From: Chiloscyllium plagiosum
Lineage: Eukaryota
Direction of reading: 5' to 3'
DNA length: 34,186 nt
NCBI RefSeq assembly: GCF_004010195.1
Contig: NW_025213581.1
Span: forward strand, 1-34,186
In this document: piece after piece, positions 22,200 to 32,929 of the stretch
Numbering within the stretch: the stretch's first letter is position 1
Layout: every line of letters starts with the position of its first letter
Translations under genes and position numbers: made by a program
Notes under the pieces: generated by a model
The model's input: only the letters and a program-made list of their open reading frames with translations
Database searches by the model: none
What the model was told of the DNA's origin: nothing

Positions 22200-23335
22200 C
22201 AACGCCCAGCACTGTGTGTCCCAGCTTACTTCAGTGAAAACACATTTTCTCAGTGCCCTTGTTAAACCATCGGCACTGTAATTTTGTGTTCCAAACCCTT
22301 ACAAGAGGCCTTTCAACTCCTTTCAACCACTTTGGGCTTATGTTTTCACCTGTGGTAAACTGTTGTGCGCTACTGTTCACTTTGTAGTGTGTGATCTTCC
22401 CTTCTCACAATTTCTATCCCTCATAGGATGAAAATCCTCCCAGAAGCTAAATTTCATCTCATGCACCAATGCATATTTACCTGCCATTTCTACCGCGCTT
22501 CTCGCTTCTTGAACGTTCTGGTCATGCACATGAATTCTTACCATCGCTGGCAGTGAGTCTTTAAACTTCTCCAGCAGAATAATCTCGTTTCGAGCCTCAC
22601 AGGTGTTATCTATTTTTAAGGCTTGCACCGATCTATAAAAATGACTGTGGTTAATTCTTTCAAACTCAGCATAAGTCTGACCGGGTTCCGTCTCTATTTT
22701 TATGAACCTCTGTCTATATGCTTCTGGTACCAATTCATAGCCAATCAAAATAGCCAATTTGACATCTACATAATCTCTTGACCCCTCATCTGACAGCGCT
22801 GCACATACCTCACCAGCTGTGCCCACCAGCTTATTCTGAACTTGCATTACCCACAAGTTCACTGGACATACTATCTGCCGAACCATTTTTTCAAATGAAA
22901 TAAAAAAGGTATTGACATTTTTCTCACCGAAATATGGAAAGGTATTAACATAGTTGTATACATCTCTACGTTCTGCCTTCATCTCCATCCTGTTTTTTTA
23001 ACTTTCTTGTCTAATTCCCAACTTTTGACTTTCAAATTCTCTCTCTCTTTCTTTATCATCTCTTTCTCTTTCTTCTCTCTCTGTTTCCGTCCCTTTATTT
23101 ATCTTCTAACTCCAGTTGCCATATTTGCAATTTAAGTTTTTTTCTAACTATACTGCACTTGTCTGCTTCTCTGACTATACTGCACTTGACAGACTCCATT
23201 ACAATTTCAGCTTTCCTTTTGTCCGTGGTTAAACCCAATTCCAACCTATTTGCCAGTGCTAAAAATGTTCTGTTTCTGTCTTTCTAAACTTTCTTGGCAA
23301 ATTTGGGAACCTCTTTAGTAATGTTAAAAGCTATT
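22200..23335 (-). pseudogene. Gmr1-type gag with SCAN-like domain and decayed zinc knuckle
   Basis: ORF 22377-22988 reads FFISFEK..W...Q.KLVG.A.EV..L..DY.DVK.AIL..YELVPEAYRQRF..GQTYAEF..IILLEKFKDSL. CFH*SKLGHT..CW lies near 22245. Confidence 0.88.
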
Positions 23336-24165
23336 TCTCTGACTTTTAATTTAACCACCCACAATAAACAAAACTAAACAAATTTTCCCACCGGTTTTAT
23401 TTGAAGATCTGGAATTTGCTGGGACATTTTGTACCCGAAATCTTATCAAATCTGTCCAAATCCCATACGGCAAGGCCCCAAACCGTTAAGATATCTATGT
23501 CGAGCCCCTCTGTTAATTTAAACAACACACCTAGAAAAGCTCACCTCACCTCGTAATCTGTTAATACATGAGTGATAAAGAACTCCCAAATTCTAATAAA
23601 AGAAAAATAACAGTTTGTATTCTGTTTGCGTCCCTTTATTTATCTTCTAACTCCAGTTGCCATATTTGCAATTTAAGTTTTTTTTCTAACTGTACTGCAC
23701 TTGTCTGCTTCTCTGATACACCAAAGCACTTGACAGACTCCATTACAATTTCAGCTTTCCTTTTGTCCGTGGTTAAACCCAATTCCAACCTATTTGCCAG
23801 TGCTAAAAATGTCCTGTTTCTGTCTTTCTAAACTTTCTTGGCAAATTTGGGAACCTCTTTAGTAATGTTAAAAGCCATTTCTCTCACTTTTAATTTAACC
23901 AACCACAAGTAAACAAAATTAAACAAATTTTCCCACCGGTTTTCTTTGAAGATCTGGAATTTGCTGGGACATTTTGTACCCGAAATCGTATCAAATCTGT
24001 CCAAATCCCATACGGCAAGGCCCCAAACCGTTAAGATATCTATGTCGAGCCCCTCTGTTAATTTAAACAACACACCTAGAAAAGATCACCTCACCTCGTA
24101 ATCTGTTAATACATGAGTGATAAAGAACTCCTAAATTCTAATAAAAGAAAAATAACAGTTTGTAT
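23080..24165. repeat. about 541-545 bp tandem duplication of the LTR end, PBS and gag start
   Basis: 23080-23620 is repeated as 23621-24165. Confidence 0.95.
23460..23480 (-). promoter_or_regulatory. degenerate primer-binding site, tRNA-Pro-like (second copy 24005-24025)
   Basis: TGGGGCCTTGCCGTATGGGAT lies 3 nt after the LTR end TTAACG; compare tRNA-Pro PBS TGGGGGCTCGTCCGGGAT. Confidence 0.5.
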
Positions 24166-24560
24166 GTATGCAAGTTATCTCGCTGTGCTTGAAGGTTTGT
24201 TTTCAGACGTTTCGACAATATGACTAGGGAGCATCATCAGTGAAACTCTCTGCTGAAGCACTTTTGGTATGTCGCGCCTCTCTATTTATAGGTTTTGGTT
24301 TCTTAAGATGGGTGATGTCATTTCCAGTTCTATTGTTTTACAAGAGAAGGTAGTTAGGATCTAAATTGTTGTGGTTATTGATGGACTTCTGGTCAGAATG
24401 CCATTCCTCTAAGAACATCCTTGCATGTCTTAGTATGTGTGTGCGTTGTCCCAATCAAAGAGGTGCCCTTCTTTGCCTGTATGTATGGAACATAGTCATA
24501 GTGGGTCGAGTCTTTTGGTGGCCAGTTGGTGTTCATGTATCCTGGTAACACGCCAACAGG
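24166..24560 (-). mobile_element. Penelope-like element 3' fragment (GIY-YIG C-terminal part plus pseudo-LTR)
   Basis: VTRIHEHQLATKRLDPL*LCSIHTGKEGHLFDWDN, then after a frameshift RHARMFLEEWHS..SIN...LDPNY, followed by a hammerhead core. Confidence 0.85.
24201..24245 (-). ncRNA. minimal type I hammerhead ribozyme motif
   Basis: tttca-CTGATGA-tgctccctagtcatattgtc-GAAAC-GTC-tgaaa. The core and 5-bp helix I are intact; helix II is eroded. Confidence 0.6.
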
Positions 24561-24565
24561 TACAT

Positions 24566-24765
24566 GGGCGGCACGGTGGCAGAATCGTAAGCACTGCTGC
24601 CTCACAGTACTAGAGACCCGGTTCAATTTCTGCCTCAGGTGACTGACTGCGTGGAGTTTGCACATTCTCCCCGTGTCTGCGTGGGTTTCTTCTGGGTACT
24701 CTGGTTTCCCCCCACAGTCCAAAAATGTGCAGGTTAGGTGAATTGGCCATGCTAAATTTCCTGCA
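24566..24765 (+). mobile_element. HE1-type V-SINE, 3' truncated
   Basis: gggcggcacggtggc..gcactgctgcctcacag..ggttcaatt..ggagtttgcacattctccccgtgtctgcgtggg. Confidence 0.9.
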
Positions 24766-24919
24766 ATATAGCTTTGACTGACTGGTGTACAAGGATATCC
24801 AAACCTTTTCAATGTTACAGCCACCCACTTGGTGGGTCTATGCCATTCCCAGTATTGACATCTGGTTTCAGAACTCAGCCCTGCATGGCCTTCACAGGTT
24901 TGCGCAGAAGGAAACAAAA

Positions 24920-25720
24920 ATGCAGCTTAAGTTCCTTTATGGATGAACATTTTCGAATCAATCTACTTTCAATTGATAGGTTGGCATTCTATTGTTCTCA
25001 ACAAAGTGCACAACGTCACATCTCCACCCATTGCTCTCCATCTGCCACATAGTTGCCTAGTCACTCCAGTTGTCTCAATCACCTGGGAGCTTTTTTGCAT
25101 CCTGCTCAGCCACTCACAAGCCAACATTGTTTAATGCCATCACCACACTTGGGAATATTGCATTTGAGCCCCTTAACCAAAGATATGATATGCATTGGGA
25201 AACCCCGATTGCCAAACCCCGATCCTTGCGAGATCCTCCAAGCCTTCCATTCTAAAAAAATATTCCGACTCACTGTTTCCTGCCAGCTCTCCCATTCTAA
25301 AACCATGACCATATATTAGTCTCTGTCCCAAAAGATTCAAATTTGCATAATAGGCTTGAGTCATTATCAAATTCCTTTCTGAAAATCCAATCGTATTGCA
25401 TTGATAGCTTCTCCATAATTTTGCTGAAATTCACTATCTCACATATGATTCCCATTTCATAAATCTATGTTGACTTTGTCTATGCCCATTATGTTATGTT
25501 ACAATACTTTGTCTTGATCTGTTTAGTTGCTAATTTGATTTTATTCTCTTTTCCTCACCAGACTAAAGTTTCAAGGTATTGCTGGGAAGTTTTATTTTTT
25601 TGCTTTGTTATCTTCTGTGAAGACAGAATGAAGTAGTTGCTTCATAGTTCTGCCATTTCCCTGTTCTTCATTCTCCATTCTCTGGTTTCAGACTGTACTG
25701 AGCTGCAATTGCTTTATCTT
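24920..25720 (-). mobile_element. old CR1 LINE fragments
   Basis: Antisense remnants of YLDFQK.FD (ctttctgaaaatccaat) and LNNYF.SVFT (cttctgtgaagacaga..agtagtt). Confidence 0.5.
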
Positions 25721-25984
25721 ACTTTTCACATTGACATATCTTTCGAAGCTATTACAGTTCACTCATATAACCCTCATTGATATACTCTTCAGAAAAGCAT
25801 CAATTTCTGTCTTAAATAGTTTAATGATGAGTATTCCACAATCATACAATCACAGAAACACAGACTCTGTATCGTTCGAAATACAGCACGATCTGCATTC
25901 GTCCCACTTTCTGACATAAGGCCCAGAATCAGGCATGTTATGACATTGCAAAAACTAGTCCAAGTACTTTGTAATTATTGTGGA

Positions 25985-26720
25985 GTTACCGGTAACAACC
26001 ATTCTCTCTCTTCCGGACCCCAATATCCTCTGGGTGACAAAATATCTTTAAATTCTTTCTGAACCACAAGCAGTTCACTTGTTCCCTTGTTCTTGACTAA
26101 AAGGAACAGCTGTTGTCTATCCACTCTGTCCATGCCCCTCGTAATCTTATCCTTCTGAATCACGTCCCCTCAGCCTCCTCTGCTCCAAAGTAAACAACCC
26201 GAGCATTTCCAGCCTCTCTCCATAGCTGATATTCTCCATCCCAGGGAACATCCTGGTGAATCCCCACCAAACCCCACCCCCTCAGTGTAATTACATCATT
26301 TTATCATGTGGTATCCAGAACTGTACACTGCATACCATCTTGCCCTAAACAAACTCCTATATAACTCTTATAAGCGATGTTTACGACTCGTAAGCCTTTT
26401 TATCTCGACTATTAACTGTCCAGTTACATTCAGGGATGTGTGGAAAATCTCCCTCTAAGATTCCTAGTGTGCTGCCTAGTCCTCCCCTGCCTGGTTCCTT
26501 CTTCCAAAGTGCATCAACTCATATTTATCAGCGTTACATTCCATCTGCCATCGATCAGCAATTCTGACCATTCCGTCTGTGTCTTCCTGGAACATAACGT
26601 CTTCCCGTTCACTGCTAACCACCCGGCCAATCTTTGTGTCCAACTCAAACTGATTTATCACACTATCCCCCACTCTCCCCTCCACATTCTCATCTCCAAA
26701 ATTTATGATAGCCATAAATG
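25985..26720 (-). mobile_element. CR1 LINE RT C-terminal region
   Basis: INQFELDTKIGRVV..FQEDTDGMVRIADRWQMECNADKYELMHFGRRN and KITRGMDRVDRQQLF. Confidence 0.9.
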
Positions 26721-26723
26721 ATA

Positions 26724-26925
26724 AGGTTAAAAAATCACACACAAAACCAGCTTACAGTCCAAAAGGTTGATACGATAGTACTAGCTTTCGAAGCGCTGCT
26801 TCTTCATCAGGTGGTTGTGCATTTTGAAAGCTTGTGCCTCCAATTAAACCTGTTGGACTATAACCTAGTGTTGTGTGTTTTTTAACGTTGTCAACCCCAA
26901 TCCAACACCAGCTCCTCCGAATCAC
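26724..26925. mobile_element. third fold-back Penelope-derived mini-element (duplicate at about 28106-28305)
   Basis: Arms of about 26724-26790 and 26825-26890 are inverted. The minus strand has cacCTGATGAagaagcagcgcttcGAAAGCTAgt. Confidence 0.7.
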
Positions 26926-27189
26926 TAATATTTGCTTGGATCCCTTCCATTCATCTAAAATGCTTGGAACACAGTTATTACCTTCCAATTATCTACAATG
27001 TCTTCCGATCTCTGCAGAATGTACAGGAAAATAAAACACAGTGATCGACTGTGCAATTAATACGTCCATTGGTGTCTTAGTTCTGACATTTTGATACGAA
27101 GTAAATCTGTTTTATCAGACTTAGAAATGCTCAATCTAGTTACATTTTCAAATACTGCTCTGTTACTGATATAAATTGGCTTTATGTCT

Positions 27190-27560
27190 TTAGTTCCATA
27201 AGCTCCATCTGATCACTTGGTTTTCTGGGTGATTTTCTGGATCTTCCTCCATGAAGACAGATACAAAGTAATTGGTTATTTTCTTGGCTATTTCCTTGTT
27301 CTCGACAATAACCTCTCCTCTCCCGATTTCCACATTTGACATTGCTTTTCTTTTGTTTCCTTTGAAATATAGATAGTAGATTGATGCAGTCGTTGTATTC
27401 CTGTTTGTTAGCATGTATGTTCGCATTGTGATTTCCTTATCAGCTTCATGGTCCTTCTTTTCTGGATCATCAATTTCTGAGAATTCTCAGGTTTCCACAA
27501 TTTCTGGAATTCTTCTGAAATCACTTCCCATGATTAATACAATATTTAATTTGTTACGTT
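27190..27560 (-). mobile_element. CR1 ORF2 fragment upstream of RT (duplicate at about 28570-28940)
   Basis: YLYFKGNKRKAMSNV..GEVIVENKEIAKKITNYFVSVFMEED. Confidence 0.75.
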
Positions 27561-29024
27561 AACCATCATTAAGTCACTTGCTCACTCTGTGGTGTTTTTA
27601 AGTTCAAAAAAGAGACGTATTATTCCGACTTTGCAGTCCTTCTATAAATCTCCTGATCCTGACCAGATCGATTCAGGAACTCTGCAGGTGGATAGAGAAG
27701 AAATTACGGAGCCCTGGTTGGTACTTTTCCAACTTTGCTGTATATAACTCTTATAATCTATGTCTACGACTCGTCAGCCTTTTTATCTCGACTATTAACT
27801 GTCCAGTTACATTCAGGGATGTGTGGAAAATCTCCCTCTGAGATTCCTAGTGTGCTGCCTAGTCCTCCCCTGCCTGGTTCCTCCTTCCAATGTGCATCAA
27901 CTCATATTTATCAGCGTTACATTCCATCTGCCATCGATCAGCAATTCTGACCATTCCGTCTGTGTCTTCCTGGAACATAAGGCCTTCCCCTTCACTGCCA
28001 ACCACCCGGCCAATCTTTGTGTCCAACTCAAACTGATTTATTACACTATCCCCCACTCTCCCCTCCACATTCTCATCTCCAGAATTTATGATAGCCATAA
28101 ATGATCAGGTTAAAAATCACACAAAACCAGCTTACAGTCCAAAAGGTTTATTCGCTTGTACTAGCTTTCGAAGCGCTGCTTCTTCATCAGGTGGTTGTGC
28201 ACTTTGACAGTTTGTGCCTCCAATTAAGCCTGTTGGACTATAACCTAGTGTTGTGTGTTTTTTAACGTTGTCAACCCCAATCCAACACCAGCTCCTCCGA
28301 ATCACTAATATTTGCTTGGATCCCTTCCATTCATCTAAAATATTTGGAACACATATATTACCTTCCAATTATCTACAATGGCTTCCGATCTCTGCAGAAT
28401 GTACAGGAAAATAAAACACAGTGATCGACTGTGCAATTAATACGTCCATTGGTGTCTTAGTTCTGACATTTTGATACGAAGTAAATCTGTTTTATCAGAC
28501 TTAGAAATGCTCAATCTAGTTACACTTTCAAATACTGCCCTGTTACTGATATAAATTGGCTTTATGTCTTTAGTTCCATAAGCTCCATCTGATCACTTGG
28601 TTTTCTGGGTGATTTTCTGGATCTTCCTCCATGAAGACCGATACAAAGTAACTGGTTATTTTCTTGGCCATTTCCTTGTTCTCCACAATAAAGTCTCCGC
28701 TCCCGATTTCCACATTTGACATTGCTTTCCTTTTGTTTCCTTTGAATTATAGATAGTAGATTGATGCAGTCGTTGTGTTCCTGTTTGTTAGCATGCAGGT
28801 TCGCATTTTGATTTCCTTACCAGCTTCATGGTCCTTCTTTTCTGGATCAGCAATTTCTGAGAATTCTCAGGGTTCCACAATTTCTGGAATTCTTCTGAAA
28901 TCACTTCCCATGATTAATACAATATTTAATTTGTTACGTTAACCATCATTAAGTCACTTGCTCACTCTGTGGTGTTTTTAAGTTCAAAAAAGAGACGTAT
29001 TATTCCGACTTTGCAGTCCTTCTA

Positions 29025-29272
29025 TAAATCTCCTGATCCTGACCAGATCGATTCAGGAACTCTGCAGGTGGATAGAGAAGAAATTACGGAGCCCTGGTTG
29101 GTACTTTTCCAACTTTGCTGGCCAACGTGTGAGGTCCCGGAGGACTGGAGGATAGTGAATGCTGTGCCCTTATTCAAGGAGTGCTACAAAGATAAACCTG
29201 GGAGCTATAGACCAGTAGAACTAACATCTGTAGTAGATAGTTACTTGAGAAGATTCTGAGAGATAAGTTATA
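29025..29272 (+). mobile_element. CR1 RT N-terminal fragment
   Basis: KSPDPDQI..REEITEP..EVPEDWRIVNAVPLFK..KDKPGSYRPVELTSVV. Confidence 0.9.
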
Positions 29273-29500
29273 TAGAGGAACCTCGATTATCCAATTGAGA
29301 TGGACGGAGCACTATTTCATTCAGAAAATTAATTATTCTGTTAATTCATCTACTCTGGGGCTCGGAGTGTTTGTGATGTCTTATTCCCGTTCAGGAGACA
29401 AGGCAAAAGCACACTGCGCGCGAGACCCCACGCCACATCTGCTCCCACCACGCCTTGTCCGCTCCCACCCTGCCCATCTAAGCCCCGCCCACCCCAAACC
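29273..29500. mobile_element. possible Tigger/pogo-like DNA transposon left end
   Basis: TA followed by (t)agaggaacctcgattatcc, resembling a Tigger-type TIR. The matching right end was not found. Confidence 0.4.
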
Positions 29501-29530
29501 CTGTAGAAAAAGGAAAAATATCTGTCCCTT

Positions 29531-29805
29531 TGTTATGGACAAGAACAGATCCCCTTCACCTATGTGGAGAAGGTAACCTTGGGACGAACGTTTTCTTATC
29601 TTAATGGTAAACGTGAGGTGATGTGTTTCAGATATAATTCGCTTCGTCAAAATATTCGACATTAAGCAAAACACAGTTTATTCAAACATTGCCGACAAAA
29701 TACAACAAAAGGTAGTGGAACTTGGAATAACGTAATTCTGTTGGAAAACTTAACAGAATAATAGGTTATTTAACTGCTATACAGTAACTGCTCAAACATG
29801 GTAAA
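29531..29805 (-). mobile_element. LTR fragment related to 15336-15972
   Basis: Begins TGTTATG and is colinear with 15336-15610 (aacaga..cagat..aat..gtcaaa.ta..aagcaaa..tttat..gaataac.taattct.ttgg). Confidence 0.65.
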
Positions 29806-30348
29806 GGCCGCGGCTGCAAGGACCACAAGGAATGGACTGTATCTACACCGTCTATGGCACTGTAGGAGCCTCTCAAAAATGTCTACACCCACCTAAGCCG
29901 TTAAATGATGGTAAGAGAAGTGTTAAAGTTGAAAATAAATGAATAAATCAAAAGGATGCAGCAGGCCTGGTGATCAGACACGGACTCGGGAGCCCAGCAA
30001 TTCCTACCCTGATAAAACATAGTAGGATCATCGAGCTCGTGAAGAGAAAGCATCTCTCTCCCCCCACCTCTAACTTCACAATTGAGATGTGCCATTCACC
30101 CAACAGTCAGCGATGTTAACATCCCACACACAACAAGTATTATTGCGTTCTCTCAGGGTTATCGTGAAAGGGGTTAACTGGAGCTGTTTGTTCAGTGACT
30201 GTGATTAATATCAGTCTTCCTAGATCCAACAGGGTCACTGGAGGGTTTCCCACTTCCATAATTAGGTGATTATTTCAAATTGTTATGCCATGTTTCAGGG
30301 GAAGCGTCATCATCAACACGATTGAGATCAGCAGCTACAGAGCGACGG

Positions 30349-30484
30349 TTGGATCAGAATCTGAAAGCATTAGAATGTTCCAACAATGCATCAGAATCTG
30401 AGAACATTAGACTGGAACGTTCCAACAATGGATCAGAACCTGAGAACTTTTTACTGGAATATTCCAACAATGGACAGGAGTTTA
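30349..30484 (+). repeat. 42-bp coding tandem repeat
   Basis: Units start at 30349 (37 nt, 5-nt deletion), 30386, 30428 and 30470 (partial). Confidence 0.85.
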
Positions 30485-30602
30485 TCCTGGGGTCTTTACT
30501 TTTTTTCTTGGGATTGGGCATGGTTAGAGTTGCGGATACAAGCCTTACTGATGATTATTCAAGCTGGGTACTAACCCATCCTCGCTATTGTTGGTGTTCC
30601 TG
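30349..30602 (+). pseudogene. GPR139-like: GPR139-like GPCR first coding exon (N-terminus plus start of TM1), disabled
   Basis: MHQNLRTLDWNVPTMDQNLRTFYWNIPTMDRSL..RIQALLMIIQAGY*PILAIVGVP-G|GTAGGC. The TAA at 30572-30574 replaces the second Y of YYP. The phase-1 donor at 30603 matches the exon-2 phase. Confidence 0.8.
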
Positions 30603-31134
30603 GTAGGCCTCTCTCTGTCAATTCTGTAAACGACGGTGAAGGTTATTGCTATTCCAGTTAATTATATTTTACAAATATATGAATTTCCAGTCACAAAATC
30701 CACTTCCTTTTCATGTATTTCCAAACTGCTTACTCACAAACATCTAAGAAGGAACAAGACTGTTCAGAACTTTGAATCCCCTTATTACCTTGAACTGTTT
30801 TATGTCTCCATATTTCTCTGTCATCAAATCTACCAACACCAACCTCCATAATATCCCCCGTATCCAGCTCTGTCTCAGTGCTGTTGCTGTATTAGCCATC
30901 CCATACCCCTTTGATAATGACAGATGTTACGGCTCCAGTGCTCTTCTGATGTATCTTCCAGTTACAAATATTTTGCCCACAAGCAATTTCTTGTCTCTGC
31001 AGTTACTTCACAACATGGACTCTGTATCAGAGTAATAATGTCACTGAGCATATAATTCAGAGGCATAGGCTATGATTCTAAAAGCATTTTGTTTTTGAAA
31101 TCCTACCATTGACAATGACCAGAATTAAATTCGA

Positions 31135-31395
31135 ATGACAAAAATTGGAATGAAACATAATTTCACTCATGGCAACTATAAACCATCAGGATTTTTTCTT
31201 TATTTTACTGATAACATTTTGTGAAGAAACTTAATATTTTTGCCCCTTCTGGACTAAGTGTAACTTCAGACACACAACACTGTAGTTGGTTCATTTTGCC
31301 TTGACAAGTAGCCGCGAGGTCAAGAGTCATTAGAAATGGACAACAAATGTTGCCTTTGCCAGTGATGCTGGCATCCCGTGAAACAATAACATTAA
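31135..31395 (+). mobile_element. decayed shark SINE, 3' half
   Basis: tctggactaagtgtaacttcagacacacaacactgtagttg..attagaaatggacaacaaatgttgcctttgccagtgatgct..catccc.tgaa resembles a common shark SINE tail, recognised from memory. Confidence 0.4.
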
Positions 31396-31404
31396 AGGTG
31401 AGAT

Positions 31405-31665
31405 AACGAAGGGAATGTGGATGCAGGAGATCTGAAATTAAATTCTGTAGCGCCTGAAAGAGTGCTGGAGAATCTTAGCAGGTATGGCAGTCTGTCGGAC
31501 TGCAGAAACACAAATCACGTTTCGAGTTCAGTGACCCTATCAAAACTGAATGCAACTAGGAAATAATATTATTTGTATCAGGGATAGTTGGAAGGGTGAG
31601 TGGGAGGTTTGTGTTGAATGGATGGAGAAATATCCAGCAAGATGGGGAGGGAGAGAGAGAGAGCT

Positions 31666-31702
<37 letters not shown>

Positions 31703-31745
31703 AAAGCAAGCAAAAGGACGGCTAATGTTGGCCCGGAAGTAAAAT
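31405..31745 (-). mobile_element. Penelope-like terminus with internal (GA)n tract
   Basis: gatgcaggagatctgaaa..tgctggagaatcttagcaggtatggcag..cacgtttcgagttcagtgaccct, similar to the arms at 4565-4664; (GA)n at 31651-31700. Confidence 0.55.
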
Positions 31746-32250
31746 AGGTGGGGAGGTTATTCTAACATTTCCCCTTTTCCCATATTCCTGAATACGACCT
31801 CCATTTCGGAATGTCCTGTTTAAAGTGAGTTATGTTCCCACTGTCCCTCTTCTCTGAGTATGCTGATCAAGTCCATCGGCAATACTGGTGTTGCCCTTAT
31901 AGTTGCTGAGATACAGAGAAACGCAATTTTACATTGTCAACTGCTCATTTGGAGAGATAAACTGTTACTGTGGGACTACACAAAAGGACGGCTAATGATT
32001 GACCGGAAGTAAAATCGGTGGGGAGGTTATTCTAACATTTCCCCTTTTCCCATATTCCTGAATACGACCTCCATTTCGGAATGTCCTGTTTAAAGTGAGT
32101 TATGTTCCCACTGCCCCTCTTCTCTGAGTATGCTGATCAAGTCCATCGGCAATACTGGTGCTGCCCTTATAGTTGCTGAGATACAGAGAAACGCAATTTT
32201 ACATTGTCAATTGCTCCTTTGGAGAGATAAACTGTTACTGTGGGACTACA
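31711..32250. repeat. 270-bp tandem duplication
   Basis: 31711-31980 is repeated as 31981-32250, with 8 mismatches by my count. Confidence 0.97.
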
Positions 32251-32929
32251 TGGAGATGTAACGGCTTTCTCAGTTATGAAGAGAAACTGAGGAGACTGAG
32301 GTATGTTCCACACTGAATGGGTGCACCATGAGTGTGGGGACTTGACGTCCTGCTGTCATTAGAAAGACAGTGGAGATTCTGTGCATGGTGTTTTCAGTTT
32401 TGTATTGTCAGCTGCTGTGTTCATTCAGGGAGACCCGAAGGCCTGTTGACCCCACTCTAGACACTGCATTTACAGTGTAGCTGGGTCCATGGTAAACAAA
32501 TGGAGCTGAGACTACAGACAAGGGAAGTTGTGTAAACAGGGTGGGTCTGGGCACTGCACATTTATCCCTGGGATTTCCAGGAATATTTGTCTAAGTTGGA
32601 CACATTCCAAGTGTAAAGCGTGAAAACAGTTTGTTTCAAAAATGAGGTGCTCACTGAGCTGTGTCCCCATCCTTCAGTATAATCTGTAGTCTCACATCAG
32701 TGACAGGATTGTGCTGACTCTCACTATGAAGTTAACTGGATTGATTCTGGAGGCAGGAGTGGGTAATCTATCGACCATCTCCGAAGTGCAGTCCTCCGAT
32801 GTACTCACGAGCTGACAGAAGCCATCTTCCTGTTGAGAGAAATACATTGGTTCCATCTCGACAGGGGAAGGTACAGAAACTAACTTCCAGAAATACGAGA
32901 AAACAGAGTGACTGGTAAAAATGAGAAAC

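Larger units (their letters stand above)
19560..24165 (-). mobile_element. Gmr1-type Gypsy LTR retrotransposon remnant (LTR end, PBS, gag, protease, integrase; no RT seen)
   Basis: Minus-strand order is LTR 3' end, PBS, gag, DTG protease, then integrase directly, with many stops and frameshifts. Confidence 0.9.
26358..29120. repeat. about 1380-bp tandem duplication
   Basis: 26358-27740 is repeated as 27741-29120; junction aactttgctg|tatataactc. Confidence 0.97.

Noticed and set aside
24393..24917. 174-aa ORF (and the similar 7382-7813 ORF)
   Set aside because: Antisense translation of an HE1 SINE joined to neighbouring sequence.
30250..30275. homeodomain-like site TAATTAG upstream of receptor exon 1
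   Set aside because: Too short to be significant without conservation data.
30280..30606. 108-aa ORF as a separate membrane protein
   Set aside because: It is the alternative frame of the GPR139-like exon 1, entered through the 5-nt deletion.
31730..32250. ETS (CCGGAAGT) and GGGACTACA motifs as a promoter
   Set aside because: Short motifs doubled only by the 270-bp duplication, at a repeat edge with no CpG island.
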